The notes beneath the pieces are model-generated. The model was given only the letters and a program-made list of their open reading frames with translations, was not told the origin of the DNA and searched no databases. From Syntrophobacterales bacterium (GTDB lineage Bacteria; Desulfobacterota; Desulfobaccia; Desulfobaccales; 0-14-0-80-60-11): a stretch of DNA of 64,000 nucleotides. Location: positions 7,235-71,234 of the forward strand of contig JAGVAH010000044.1 in NCBI GenBank assembly GCA_020060385.1. Direction: 5' to 3'. Both the position numbers and the translations under genes were made by a program. Numbering within the stretch: the stretch's first letter is position 1; the number at the start of each line of letters is the position of its first letter. Positions 11,723 through 21,347 of the stretch are shown here, in pieces.

Positions 11723-12493
11723 ATGCCCATAATTATTGCGGAAACAGGCGGCCTCCCCTCCTACCGCTCCCCTCTCCTGGCGGCTTTGCCGGAGTTGGTC
11801 CACGGCTTTTTTGGCCGCCAGGGGGGAGTGAGTCCGGACCCCTTTCACAGTCTCAACCTGAGCTTTGGGGTGGGAGACCAGCGCCACCTGGTGGTCCACA
11901 ACCGGGACCTGGTGCGGCAAGTCCTGGGTCTGAGCGCGCTGGTGAGCGCCACCCAGGTGCACGGCTGCCGGCAATCCCTGGTTACCGGACCCAATGCCGC
12001 TGCGGATGAGGAGATTCCGGAGGCGGATATCCTCATCACCTCCCAGCCGGGCTTGGGTCTCCTCATCAAGCAGGCGGACTGCCAGGCAGTGATGCTCTAT
12101 GACCCGGTGCGCCGGGTGGCGGCCAACGTCCACTGCGGCTGGCGGGGCCAGGTCCGGAACGTTCTCCGGGAAACAGTGGTCCGCCTCCAGGAAACCTGCG
12201 GCTCCCGCCCCGCAGACCTGGTGGCGGCCATCAGCCCCAGCCTGGGACCTTGCTGCGCGGAATTCCGCAACTTTCGCCAGGAATTTCCCCCGGAGCTATG
12301 GTCCTACCAGGTGCGGCCCACCTACTTCGATCTCTGGTCCCTGAGCCGGGATCAATTGACGGCCGCGGGGCTCAACCCCCGGCAAATCGATATCGCCGGC
12401 CTCTGCACCCGCTGCCGGGGAGACCTGTTCTTCTCCTACCGCCGGGAACACCGCACCGGCCGCCAGGGCGCGGTCATCGGCCTGCGACTGTAG
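11723..12493 (+). CDS. pgeF: PgeF/YfiH-family peptidoglycan editing factor / purine nucleoside phosphorylase
   Basis: HGFF.R.GGVS; SLNL; QVHG; ADCQ; HCGWRG; CT.C...FFSYRR. Confidence 0.9.
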   Translation: MPIIIAETGGLPSYRSPLLAALPELVHGFFGRQGGVSPDPFHSLNLSFGVGDQRHLVVHNRDLVRQVLGLSALVSATQVHGCRQSLVTGPNAAADEEIPEADILITSQPGLGLLIKQADCQAVMLYDPVRRVAANVHCGWRGQVRNVLRETVVRLQETCGSRPADLVAAISPSLGPCCAEFRNFRQEFPPELWSYQVRPTYFDLWSLSRDQLTAAGLNPRQIDIAGLCTRCRGDLFFSYRREHRTGRQGAVIGLRL

Positions 12494-12495
12494 AA

Positions 12496-12595
12496 GTGAG
12501 ATGTGAGCTGTGAGCAGGAAGCAGAAACCAATGCATTACCACCGGCCTGTTTTGTTCACTGCTCGGCGCTTAATGCTCACTGCTTACTTGCTCAT
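12496..12595. repeat. Inverted heptamer tandem repeat (GTGAGCW)n/(WGCTCAC)n
   Basis: gtgagatgtgagctgtgagcag ... ttcactgctc, gctcactgcttacttgctca. Confidence 0.55.
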
Positions 12596-12753
12596 TGGGG
12601 CCCCTGGGGGGTCGATCCTTTGAAGAATTTTTCCTTCACGTCGTTGACCAGCTTTTTGCCGGTCTCCACCACCTGATCCACCTGTTGGGGATATTTATAG
12701 CCCACAAACACACCCACCGCGAATCCCACAATCAATAAGAACATATGATCCAT
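12592..12753 (-). CDS. Small single-pass membrane protein (53 aa), absent from the ORF track
   Basis: Hand translation MDHMFLLIVGFAVGVFVGYKYPQQVDQVVETGKKLVNDVKEKFFKGSTPQGPQ*; AGAGAGG just upstream. Confidence 0.7.
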   Translation of the reverse strand: MDHMFLLIVGFAVGVFVGYKYPQQVDQVVETGKKLVNDVKEKFFKGSTPQGPQ

Positions 12754-12795
12754 CCTCTCTCTGGCAAGATTATTTTCTTCAAATCATTCTGCAGG

Positions 12796-13455
12796 TTATC
12801 CGCCATGCCTGGATATCTTCTCTAACGCCGCCTGGGCCAAAGGGCCCACGGCCGTGCGCCGCATTTCTCCCTGGTCGTAAAGCTCAACCGGGCCATCATC
12901 CCCCAGCAGACTCTCCAAGGCTTCTTTCGCCCCCCGGGGAGCTACCCTTCCCAGGCACCAGGCCGCCAGCCCCCGCACCTGGGGATCAGGATCCGCCAGG
13001 AAGTCCAGCAACAGGGGCGCCGCTTCCGGCAAGGCCCGGGGATGGACCTCCCACAGCCGCCCCAGCCCCCAGAGCATGGACACCCGGGTAAAGTCCTGCT
13101 CCAGAAACCCGTAAAACATGGGGAGAATCTCTTCCACCACGGGGAGCTGGTGGCGTCCGATCTCCCCCAGGGCCGCCGCAGCCAGCCAGCCGAAACTGCC
13201 GGAATCTTCGTTTAGCTGGTAAAGCAACCGGCTGATGAGTTTCCGGACCTGCTGCGGATGGGCCCCGGCCACCCACCCCAGCCCTTCCACCGCCCGCCAG
13301 TGGAGCAAATCCCCGGGGTTGAACAGGTAGCTCGACAGCTGCTGGGCTACCTGGGATTCCTGGTCCCCCAGGGCCGCCAAGGCCGGGAAATCTCCGGCCC
13401 TCAGCAAGGCCACGATTTGCTCCCTGAGGGCGCGGCGTCTGTTTAAGGTCATCAT
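12796..13455 (-). CDS. HEAT-repeat protein (DVU0298-like)
   Basis: WRAVEGLG; LNEDSGSFGW; ALGEI; DPDPQVRGLAAWCLG; VELYD. Confidence 0.8.
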   Translation of the reverse strand: MMTLNRRRALREQIVALLRAGDFPALAALGDQESQVAQQLSSYLFNPGDLLHWRAVEGLGWVAGAHPQQVRKLISRLLYQLNEDSGSFGWLAAAALGEIGRHQLPVVEEILPMFYGFLEQDFTRVSMLWGLGRLWEVHPRALPEAAPLLLDFLADPDPQVRGLAAWCLGRVAPRGAKEALESLLGDDGPVELYDQGEMRRTAVGPLAQAALEKISRHGG

Positions 13456-13610
13456 GGCTGGAAAAGGCCGGGGAAAATAGATCCCCCAAACGCGGCAGGC
13501 GCTAGGAGGCGATGCCGGGCAGATCACCGCCCGATGGAGGTCCTGGCAATTTATAACCAACAAGGGCCCGAGACCCCTGGCTTTCCCCTGAAAAACTCCT
13601 CTGTCGATGA

Positions 13611-14015
13611 TTAAAAGGGGATGTCGTCTTCCGGCACGCCCCCAGCCGGCGGGCCGAAGGCCGGTTCCGGCTCCTGCAGCCGGTTGCCGGCCGCTCCCAA
13701 CATCTGCATGGTATTGGCGATGATGTCGGTGGTGTAATGCTTCACCCCGTCCTTTTCATAAGACCCGTACTCCAGCCGTCCCTCGATATAAACCTGTTTT
13801 CCCTTGGCCAGGTATTGACCACAGATTTCCGCCAGCTTGCCCCAGGCCGTCACCCGGTGCCAATCGGTGCGCTCCTGCATGTTGCCCTGGCGGTCTTTAT
13901 ATCTCTCGGTAGTTGCGAGTCTGAACTTGCACACCGCGGTCCCGCCGGCGGTGTAGCGCATCTCCGGGTCCGCGCCCAGATTACCTACCAGGATAACCTT
14001 ATTGACCCCAGCCAT
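13611..14015 (-). CDS. ssb: Single-stranded DNA-binding protein
   Basis: [15 protein letters not shown]; TDWHRV; KGKQVYIEG; C-terminal DDIPF. Confidence 0.97.
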   Translation of the reverse strand: MAGVNKVILVGNLGADPEMRYTAGGTAVCKFRLATTERYKDRQGNMQERTDWHRVTAWGKLAEICGQYLAKGKQVYIEGRLEYGSYEKDGVKHYTTDIIANTMQMLGAAGNRLQEPEPAFGPPAGGVPEDDIPF

Positions 14016-14204
14016 GGCTCCTCCTTGATGGCCCCTTGGGCATTATCATCCTCTATCACAGAACGGTTATCAGGAGCAAGGGATAATGCGGTTTGCCCTT
14101 TGCCGTTTTCCGTATCCGCAAGTTTGCCGGAGGGGGGGCGCCGCCCATCGGCTACTCCTGGTCGTATTTAGCGGCAAGCTGATCGCTGCCAGCTGACAGC
14201 TACC

Positions 14205-15911
14205 TCAAGCCAGGGCCCAATCCAGCAGCCGCAGTTCCGGGTGCAGCTGCCCCTTAAAGAAAGAGAATCTGGGGCTAAAGGCCACCTCCAGGGCGCCGGA
14301 GAGGGGATGGCAGGCGGCCATGTCAAAGGCGATGGCCTCCGTCAGGCAGCCGTTCTGGGCCAGCCGCACCTTCAAGTGCCTCTCCGCCACCACCCGGGAG
14401 GAGAGGCATTCCACCCCGGCGCAAGCCAGCACCGGCTCAGGGTTGCCGGGACCAAAGGGCCGCAGGCGCTCCAGATGATGATAAAAACGGGTGTCCAACT
14501 CCCCCAGCTCCACCTGGGCGTCCACTTTGAGGGTGGGCCGCAGCGGCTCCGGACCCACCTGCTCCTCAAAGGCCGCGTCCAATCCCTCCTGTAAAGCGTC
14601 CAAATCCCCGGCCGCCACTTCAAAGCCTCCGGCGTACTGGTGGCCTCCGTATCTGGGCAAGATTTCCCGGCAGGCGTGGAGCCCCCGGAAGAGATGAAAA
14701 CCCTCGACGCTCCGGCCCGAGCCCCGGCCCCGGCCATCTTTCAGGCCCACCAGGGCCACGGGCCGGTGATGCTCTTCTGCCAGCCGCGCGGCCACAATTC
14801 CCAGGACCCCCTGGTGCCAGCCCTCCCCAGCCAGGACCCAGACCTTCCTTTCCCTGATCCCCGGGGCGCGCAGCAGATTAAGGGCCTGGCGCAGGACCTT
14901 CTCTTCCAGGCCTTGCCTCTGCCGATTGAGGTCGGTGAGGTGCCGGGCCTGGATTCTCGCCTGGGCCAGGTCATCGCTCAGGAGAAGCTCCAGGGCCCCT
15001 TTAGCCTGGCCCAGGCGCCCCGCGGCATTGAGGCGGGGCGCCAGGCGAAAGATGGCGTCCCGGTAGGAAATGGGTTTGCCCTCCAGACCGGCAGCTTCCT
15101 TCAATGCCACCAGTCCGGGGCGGCGGCTCTCTTCCAGGACCTTCAGGCCCTGGCGCACCAGGATGCGGTTTTCCCCCAGCATGGGGGCCACGTCCGCGGC
15201 CGTGCCCAGGGCCACCAGGTCCAGGTAGGCCCTCAAGTTGGGTTCCCGATGGGTCTTGAACCAGCCCTGCTCCCGGAGATGGGCCCGCACCCCCAGGGCC
15301 AGGAGCAGGGCCACCCCCACCCCGGCCAACTCCGCAAAGGGGTAATCATCCCCTCCCCGCTTGGGATTGACCACCGCCAGGGCCGGAGGCAACTCCGGGG
15401 GCAGTTCATGGTGATCGGTGACGATCACCTCCAGGCCCTGCTCCCGGGCCCAGGCTACTTCGGCCGCGTCACTGATGCCGCAGTCCACCGTCACCAGCAG
15501 CCGGGCGCGGCGGGCCAGCTCCCTAAGGGCGGGAATTTTGAGGCCGTAACCCTCCTGCAAACGGTCGGGAATATAGGGCAGGCAATCAACCCCCAATTCC
15601 TGGAGGAATTGCCGGAGCAAGCAGGTGGAAGTGAGGCCGTCCACGTCATAATCCCCGTAGACGGCCACCGTCTCCCCCTGCCGCACCGCTTTCCCCAGGC
15701 GGGCCGAGGCTTTCTCCAGGTCGGGCAGAGCGAAGGGGGGGTGGAGGCGCTCCAGGTTCGGCTCCAAAAAGGCCAGGATGTCCTCATGGCCCCGAAGCCC
15801 CCGGTTCAGGAGGATGCGGGCGATCAGAGGGGGCAGTTCATGGCGGAGGCTCACCTCCCGGACGAGCTCCGGGTTTTCCGGATGTGCCTGCCAGCGCTTC
15901 TTGCGGCGCAT
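14205..15911 (-). CDS. recJ: Single-stranded-DNA-specific exonuclease RecJ
   Basis: YGDYDVDG; PDR..EGYG; TVDCG; TDHH; GTAADV; PRLNAAGRL; GSGRS; PFGPGNPEP. Confidence 0.96.
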   Translation of the reverse strand: MRRKKRWQAHPENPELVREVSLRHELPPLIARILLNRGLRGHEDILAFLEPNLERLHPPFALPDLEKASARLGKAVRQGETVAVYGDYDVDGLTSTCLLRQFLQELGVDCLPYIPDRLQEGYGLKIPALRELARRARLLVTVDCGISDAAEVAWAREQGLEVIVTDHHELPPELPPALAVVNPKRGGDDYPFAELAGVGVALLLALGVRAHLREQGWFKTHREPNLRAYLDLVALGTAADVAPMLGENRILVRQGLKVLEESRRPGLVALKEAAGLEGKPISYRDAIFRLAPRLNAAGRLGQAKGALELLLSDDLAQARIQARHLTDLNRQRQGLEEKVLRQALNLLRAPGIRERKVWVLAGEGWHQGVLGIVAARLAEEHHRPVALVGLKDGRGRGSGRSVEGFHLFRGLHACREILPRYGGHQYAGGFEVAAGDLDALQEGLDAAFEEQVGPEPLRPTLKVDAQVELGELDTRFYHHLERLRPFGPGNPEPVLACAGVECLSSRVVAERHLKVRLAQNGCLTEAIAFDMAACHPLSGALEVAFSPRFSFFKGQLHPELRLLDWALA

Positions 15912-16024
15912 TGACACTCCTTGGATAGTTTGCGCTCAGCTGTCAGCTACAAATATGCAGATAAGCCTTGAAAATACAAAGGAAAAATAAGTCGACACCC
16001 TTCTATCTTGCCCTTATCTGACAG

Positions 16025-16738
16025 CTATTCTACCGTCTCCCCGGGCTTGAGGGCAATGACTTCGATGCCTTCGCCCTTGATCAGCTCCCGCAGTTCCTCG
16101 GGGGTGCCGGTGAGCACCGGGAAGGTGCCGTAGTGCATGGGAATGACCCACTTTGGTTTAAGCAGCCGGCAGGCCAGGGCCGCCTCCGCCGGATTCATGA
16201 CATAATGGCTGCCGATGGGCAACATGGCTAGTTCCGGCTGATAAAGCTCCCGGATGAGTTCCATGTCCTTAAAGGCCGCGGTGTCCCCCGCGTGGTAGGC
16301 GGTGAAGCCGTTGGGGAAGCGGATGACGAAGCCCCCGGGGTCCCCGGCGGCGATGAGCCTGCCCCCTTCATCCACCGCGGAGGAATGGACCGCCTGGGTC
16401 ATGGTCACCTTCAGGCCGCGGTAAGGCACCGTGCCCCCCTTGTTCATGCCGATGGCCTGGGGCGCGCCCTGGTTGGCCAGGATCACGGACAACTCGTGGA
16501 TGGCCAGCACCGGGGCCCCGGTCTTCTGGGCCAGGGGCACCGTTTCCCCCACGTGGTCGCCGTGGCCGTGGGTTACGCAGATGAGGTCCACTTGCCCCAC
16601 CTGCTCCAGGGGGGTATTGAGGAGGGGATTGCTGAGCCAGGGGTCGATGACCACGCTCACCTTGCCGTCCGTTAATTTGAAGGCCGAGTGCCCGTAAAAG
16701 GTGACGCGCACCCCCCGGCCGATTTTTCCTGGGGACAT
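16025..16738 (-). CDS. Metal-dependent hydrolase, MBL fold (UPF0173-like)
   Basis: GHSAF; IDPW; THGHGDH; AVHSS; YHAGDT; PMHYGTF. Confidence 0.9.
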   Translation of the reverse strand: MSPGKIGRGVRVTFYGHSAFKLTDGKVSVVIDPWLSNPLLNTPLEQVGQVDLICVTHGHGDHVGETVPLAQKTGAPVLAIHELSVILANQGAPQAIGMNKGGTVPYRGLKVTMTQAVHSSAVDEGGRLIAAGDPGGFVIRFPNGFTAYHAGDTAAFKDMELIRELYQPELAMLPIGSHYVMNPAEAALACRLLKPKWVIPMHYGTFPVLTGTPEELRELIKGEGIEVIALKPGETVE

Positions 16739-16794
16739 GGTTTCCTCCCTCACGATGTCAAATTTTTACCGAAAACTGAAAACTAAAAACTGTC

Positions 16795-17787
16795 TTAATG
16801 CAGGGTCTCCTCCAGGGCCTCCAGGTGCTTGCGCATGCCGATGAGGATCAGGGTATCTCCCGCCAGCACCGGCGCCGCGGGCGAGGGATTAAAGAGCATC
16901 TCCCCGTCGGCCCGCTTGATGGCCACCACGATCAACCCGTATTGCTGGCGGATGCCGGAGTCCTTGAGGGGCAGGCCGATCATCGCGGAGGTGGTGCCCA
17001 CCGCGACCTCTTCCATGCTCCACTCCACCCCTTCGTGCATGGCCAGTTCCATGAGGGTGGTCACCGTGGGGCGTAAAATGGTGTGGGCCATCTTCCGGCC
17101 GCCCAGCTCATAGGGAGACTCCACCTTGTCTGCCCCGGCCCGGAGCAGTTTCTGCCGGGAGCCCACTTCTTCGCCCCGGGCGACGATGAACAGATTGGGG
17201 TTGAGGCTGCGGGCGGTGAGGACGATATAGACGTTGCTGGCGTCGGAATGCACCACGGACACCAGTCCCCGGGCCCGCTCGATACCGGCTTCCAACAGCA
17301 CCTCTTCCTTGGTGGCGTCCCCGGCCACGAAGTAATAACCGGATTTATCCAGGTAGTTGATGGTCTCCAGGTTATTTTCCACCACCACCAGGGGTATGCT
17401 TCGCTCTTGCAGTTGCCGGGCAATGATTTCTCCCAGACGTCCATACCCGCAAATAATATAGTGACCACTCAGTTTTTTGATGCGTTTCAGCAATTTTCTC
17501 TTCCCCAAGGCCGCGGCGATTTCCCCTTCCACCACCACCCGGGCCAAAGAGGTGATGATGTAAAACAATAACCCCATGCCCGCCAGGATCAGGACCATGT
17601 TATAGACCCTGCCCAGGGGGGACAGGGGGCGGGTCTCCCCGTAACCCACGGTGGTGAGGGTGGTCACCGTCATGTAGAGGGCGTCAAAGAAGGGCCAGCC
17701 TTCCAGCCAGACAAACCCCAGGCTGCCCAGCACCAGAATAACCAGCAGACTGCCGGTCAATGTCGCGATTTTGCGGAAAGTCAGCAT
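16795..17787 (-). CDS. Potassium channel protein with TrkA-N/TrkA-C (RCK) domains
   Basis: Selectivity filter TTVGYG; CGYGRLG; GDAT; TrkA-C tail. Confidence 0.92.
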   Translation of the reverse strand: MLTFRKIATLTGSLLVILVLGSLGFVWLEGWPFFDALYMTVTTLTTVGYGETRPLSPLGRVYNMVLILAGMGLLFYIITSLARVVVEGEIAAALGKRKLLKRIKKLSGHYIICGYGRLGEIIARQLQERSIPLVVVENNLETINYLDKSGYYFVAGDATKEEVLLEAGIERARGLVSVVHSDASNVYIVLTARSLNPNLFIVARGEEVGSRQKLLRAGADKVESPYELGGRKMAHTILRPTVTTLMELAMHEGVEWSMEEVAVGTTSAMIGLPLKDSGIRQQYGLIVVAIKRADGEMLFNPSPAAPVLAGDTLILIGMRKHLEALEETLH

Positions 17788-17808
17788 ATCAACCGGCAGC
17801 CTGGCCCT

Positions 17809-19725
17809 CTAGTCGCCGTGCAAGATAGCCTCGACCACATAAGCGTCGGTGATCAGCACATTGAAATAGCGGCCTTTGAGGCAGGCCCGGATGGCCTCGG
17901 TCTTTTCCAGACCCCCGGCCACCGCCACCACATAACGGTCGGCCTGGGCCGCGCGCTCCCTTAAATCCAGGGCCCCCACGCCGATGACCCGCCGGGTCAG
18001 GGCCGCCAGTTCCGGGTCCTGGGAGTCGGTCAGCGGTTCGCCATTGGCGTCGATGGGGGTGTGATTGATCTCCCCCACCACCCCTTTGGCCGCCAGGTCT
18101 TGGGCGGTCAGTCCCAGCTCCTGGGAAGCCAGGGCCCTGAAACCGGGCAAGGGGCCGGTGAGATAGCCGATACCCAGGACCATGATCTCCGCGTTCCAGA
18201 TGTCCTGATAAATCTTCAAAAGGTCCGGATTGGCCGTCAATCTCTTCTCATATTCCTCCTTGGAATCCACCGGCATGGAGGGGAGGATGAAGGCCGTGGC
18301 ATCCGGATACTTGGTGCTCATCATCCCAACCAGGGCGTTGGCGGTGAGGCCCGGCATGGTGAGAATGGGAGTCATGGTCAGGGGATAGAGCTTCAGACCG
18401 GTGAGGCGCTCCGGTTCCAGATAATTGATCAGGTGGTACAGGGTCTTCCCCCCGGAAAGACCGATGCTGGCGCCTTTAGGGGTAATTTCCTCCAGGTAGT
18501 ACGCAGCTTCCCGGGCCACGGTCTTCTGGATGGAGTCCAGGTCTTTAATGCCGGGGTCCACCACCCGCAACTCCCGGAGATGGGGGTAGCGCTCCTTGAG
18601 CTGGTCTTCCAGGTCGCTGCGCCGGGGAATGGCCGACTTTTCAAAGATAAAGGCCATAACCTGGGGCATGGTGGTATATTCCATTTCGTGCAGGCCCAGG
18701 CGGTGCGGCTCGAAGGGGCCGTGGCGCCGCATATAATTGGCCACCCGGTTGGCCTCCTTGCGGCACTCATCGAAGGACACGTCGGCAAACATGTCCATGG
18801 GCCCCAGGAGCTTGCCGTCGGTTAACTGGTAGCCGGCACAGATAACCCGGGGCGGCCCGTCGAAGCGGCTGGGGATGGCGTCTTTGAAGGCGCAGGGCAT
18901 CAGGGGGCCGTGATGGGAGCCCCGCATCCAGCCCTCCACCAGGTGGGGAAAGGCAAAGGGCTCCAGGGCCTCGCCCACTGCCGGGAAGCCCGACTGGCAA
19001 CGGACGATCATCACCGGGTCGTCCTTGCCCACGTAGCGGCCGGCGATGAGTCCCAGCCTCTGGGAGGAGGCCGCGGCCGCCACTTCGTTGTCCTTCTTGC
19101 GGTAGATGTTTTCGATGACGTACCGGCCGGTGGCCCCCACCAAGACCAGGAGGTCGTACATGTCCTCCGGGCAGGAGAGAATCCACTCCTTGTGTTCCAC
19201 GACGTCCAGGACCCGGAAGCGGAAACCCCGGTGCATGTTGGGGTCGATGACCAGGCCGATGGTGTTGAAGGGGTCGCCGAAGATGCGGAAGAGGGGCAGG
19301 TTCCAGGCCCCCGGCGAGGTCTTGTCGGCCATGAAAATGAGGATGGGCTCGCTTTTGCGTTCTGCGAAGACCATCTCCGCCACCCCGGGGCCCATGCCCT
19401 TGACGTTCCCGGAGAAGGCGTCGGCCAGCATATCCTGCCCGGCCCCGTAAAGCTTCAGTTTCTTGGCCAAGGCGGTGAGTTCCATGAAGGTGTCCCAGGC
19501 GAACTTGTGGACCTCGGTATCATTTTCGCCCCGCTCGTGGGTCATGATCAACTCCGCGTCATCACCCACGTTCAGCACCTGCCCGTCTATCAGGAAACCA
19601 CGGTCCACCGCCTTTTGGACGTGTTCCCGGGCCAGCGCCATCATCTCCGGATGGCAGGTGCTATGTCCCACCCAACCACCTACGTCCGCTTTAATTACCG
19701 ATAGGGTTATCTTTTCCGCGCCCAT
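17809..19725 (-). CDS. fbp: Fructose-1,6-bisphosphate aldolase/phosphatase (class V FBPase) fused to a C-terminal SorC/CggR-type sugar-binding domain
   Basis: N-terminal ~360 aa: KADVGG..GH, VGDD, LYGAGQD, ADKT.PG, YVGKDDP, GWMRGSH. C-terminal ~275 aa: LEDQLKERY, AAYYLEE, IGLSGGKT, VLGIG, GVVGEI, VAGGLEK..AI..CLKG...NVLITD. Confidence 0.9.
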   Translation of the reverse strand: MGAEKITLSVIKADVGGWVGHSTCHPEMMALAREHVQKAVDRGFLIDGQVLNVGDDAELIMTHERGENDTEVHKFAWDTFMELTALAKKLKLYGAGQDMLADAFSGNVKGMGPGVAEMVFAERKSEPILIFMADKTSPGAWNLPLFRIFGDPFNTIGLVIDPNMHRGFRFRVLDVVEHKEWILSCPEDMYDLLVLVGATGRYVIENIYRKKDNEVAAAASSQRLGLIAGRYVGKDDPVMIVRCQSGFPAVGEALEPFAFPHLVEGWMRGSHHGPLMPCAFKDAIPSRFDGPPRVICAGYQLTDGKLLGPMDMFADVSFDECRKEANRVANYMRRHGPFEPHRLGLHEMEYTTMPQVMAFIFEKSAIPRRSDLEDQLKERYPHLRELRVVDPGIKDLDSIQKTVAREAAYYLEEITPKGASIGLSGGKTLYHLINYLEPERLTGLKLYPLTMTPILTMPGLTANALVGMMSTKYPDATAFILPSMPVDSKEEYEKRLTANPDLLKIYQDIWNAEIMVLGIGYLTGPLPGFRALASQELGLTAQDLAAKGVVGEINHTPIDANGEPLTDSQDPELAALTRRVIGVGALDLRERAAQADRYVVAVAGGLEKTEAIRACLKGRYFNVLITDAYVVEAILHGD

Positions 19726-19798
19726 TAGAATCCTCCTTTCTCCCCCGGATTAGCATTTTCTTTGCCAGAGGTTGGATGATTATGGTAATGAGAGGACC

Positions 19799-20386
19799 AT
19801 GTGGTTTACCAAGCAAATTGCCCTGGGGCTCTGCCTGGCCCTGTTAATGGTTGGCGGCAGCAGTTGCATGCACCGGCCGCTGCCGGCCCCGGTCTCAGGG
19901 GTGACCCTGCAACCGGGGCGTTATCTGGAGGACTATTACCGGGCCCCTGATTTCGCGGCCGGCCAGGCTGCCTATATCCTGGAGCCCTTTGCCGTGGAAG
20001 CGGCCCAGGGCCTGGAGCCCGGCGCCTTCCGCGACCTGCTGCAGACGGAAATGACCCAGGCCTGGGAAGCCAACGGCCTGAAACTGCAAAGTTCCCCAGG
20101 GGCTTGCCGCGTCTCCGGCACCATCTGGCGGGTGCGCCTCAAAGGAGAACATCTCCGTTTCTTTACGGGTAAGATTTCCCTCCAAATGGAGGTCTCCGGC
20201 GCCATCACCCGGGAAGGCAAGACCCTCTTTGCCTTCGCCGACCGGATCGAGGTGAGTTCCCCGGTGAACCCCGGCCCTCCGGCCCCCAAGGAACAGGAAC
20301 TACTGCTGCGGCAAGCGACGCGGGCCTTTTTGCAGCACCTGCTGACCGAGCTCCTGCTTCAAGGGGAGCCGGAAGCAGAGGGATAG
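19799..20386 (+). CDS. Hypothetical lipoprotein
   Basis: RBS GAGG before ATG; signal peptide ending GSSC. Confidence 0.7.
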   Translation: MWFTKQIALGLCLALLMVGGSSCMHRPLPAPVSGVTLQPGRYLEDYYRAPDFAAGQAAYILEPFAVEAAQGLEPGAFRDLLQTEMTQAWEANGLKLQSSPGACRVSGTIWRVRLKGEHLRFFTGKISLQMEVSGAITREGKTLFAFADRIEVSSPVNPGPPAPKEQELLLRQATRAFLQHLLTELLLQGEPEAEG

Positions 20387-21108
20387 ATATTGCCAAAGAC
20401 CCGGACAATGAGCCGGGGCCGCTCTGCGGAAGTGGTCTGCAGCTCGATTTTACCGCCGTAGTGCCCCGATTCCCGGGAGATGTTCCGCACTTCCAGGAGG
20501 TAAACCTTCCCCGGTTTTTCGGCCTTCACACTGACCGCGATCCGCTGGGGAATGCTGTTGTTAAAACTGGTAATCTGCCAGGGCGCGGCCAGATGGGAGA
20601 TAAAACGCACCTGGCCGTGCACATCCTCACCCACCCTGCCCCGGAGACGGACGATGTGGTTGGGTTGAATCTCAATGATGGGCTGCACATACCCCTTTAA
20701 GGTCAACTCCAACTCCGGCTGGTCCGGGTCATTGAATCTCACCTTGGTGTGCTTGAGAAAATCCCGGAGCACCGAATAGGGCTTGATGGTCAAGGTAAGT
20801 TTGCCCTGGCCCCCGGGGGGAATGACCCGGTCATAGTCGGGCACGGTGCAGGCGCAATCCGGGTCCACCTCCTCCACCCTTAAAGGCGCAGTGCCTTCGT
20901 TCTTGATCGGGAAGGTATAAGTCAAAGGCTTATCTTCAAACACCTTGCCGAAATCATGGAATTTTTCCGTCACCACCAGCCGGGGCTCGGCTCCGGTGGC
21001 CAGCCCCGCGGCCAGGACCATCACCGCCAGACAGATAACCCCGGCCAGAATAAAAACCTTCCTCTGGGCCCATGGGGCGGACTTTACCAACCACAGTCTT
21101 TTCATCAA
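20359..21108 (-). CDS. DUF1573-domain exported protein
   Basis: HDFGKV; F.IKNEG..PL; DCACT; IPPGGQGKL. Start codon uncertain. Confidence 0.8.
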   Translation of the reverse strand: MMKRLWLVKSAPWAQRKVFILAGVICLAVMVLAAGLATGAEPRLVVTEKFHDFGKVFEDKPLTYTFPIKNEGTAPLRVEEVDPDCACTVPDYDRVIPPGGQGKLTLTIKPYSVLRDFLKHTKVRFNDPDQPELELTLKGYVQPIIEIQPNHIVRLRGRVGEDVHGQVRFISHLAAPWQITSFNNSIPQRIAVSVKAEKPGKVYLLEVRNISRESGHYGGKIELQTTSAERPRLIVRVFGNIYPSASGSP

Positions 21109-21347
21109 TGCAGGCTATCCCCTAAATTATGCGCGATTTATCTAAAAGGGGCCGGACCCCGGCCGCCTTCCCTAGTCTATTGGATATATTACCATAAAGA
21201 TTTGCCTGTGTTGGGCAAAAGTTTTAATATAATGCAAAGGCTGTAAAGAGCTAAGGAAATGGTGGGCAGTGCCCACCCCACATTAACTTTGAACCTTGAA
21301 CCTTGAATTTAAGACGCGGCCCGGCCGCTTTACGGAGAAACTGCCCC

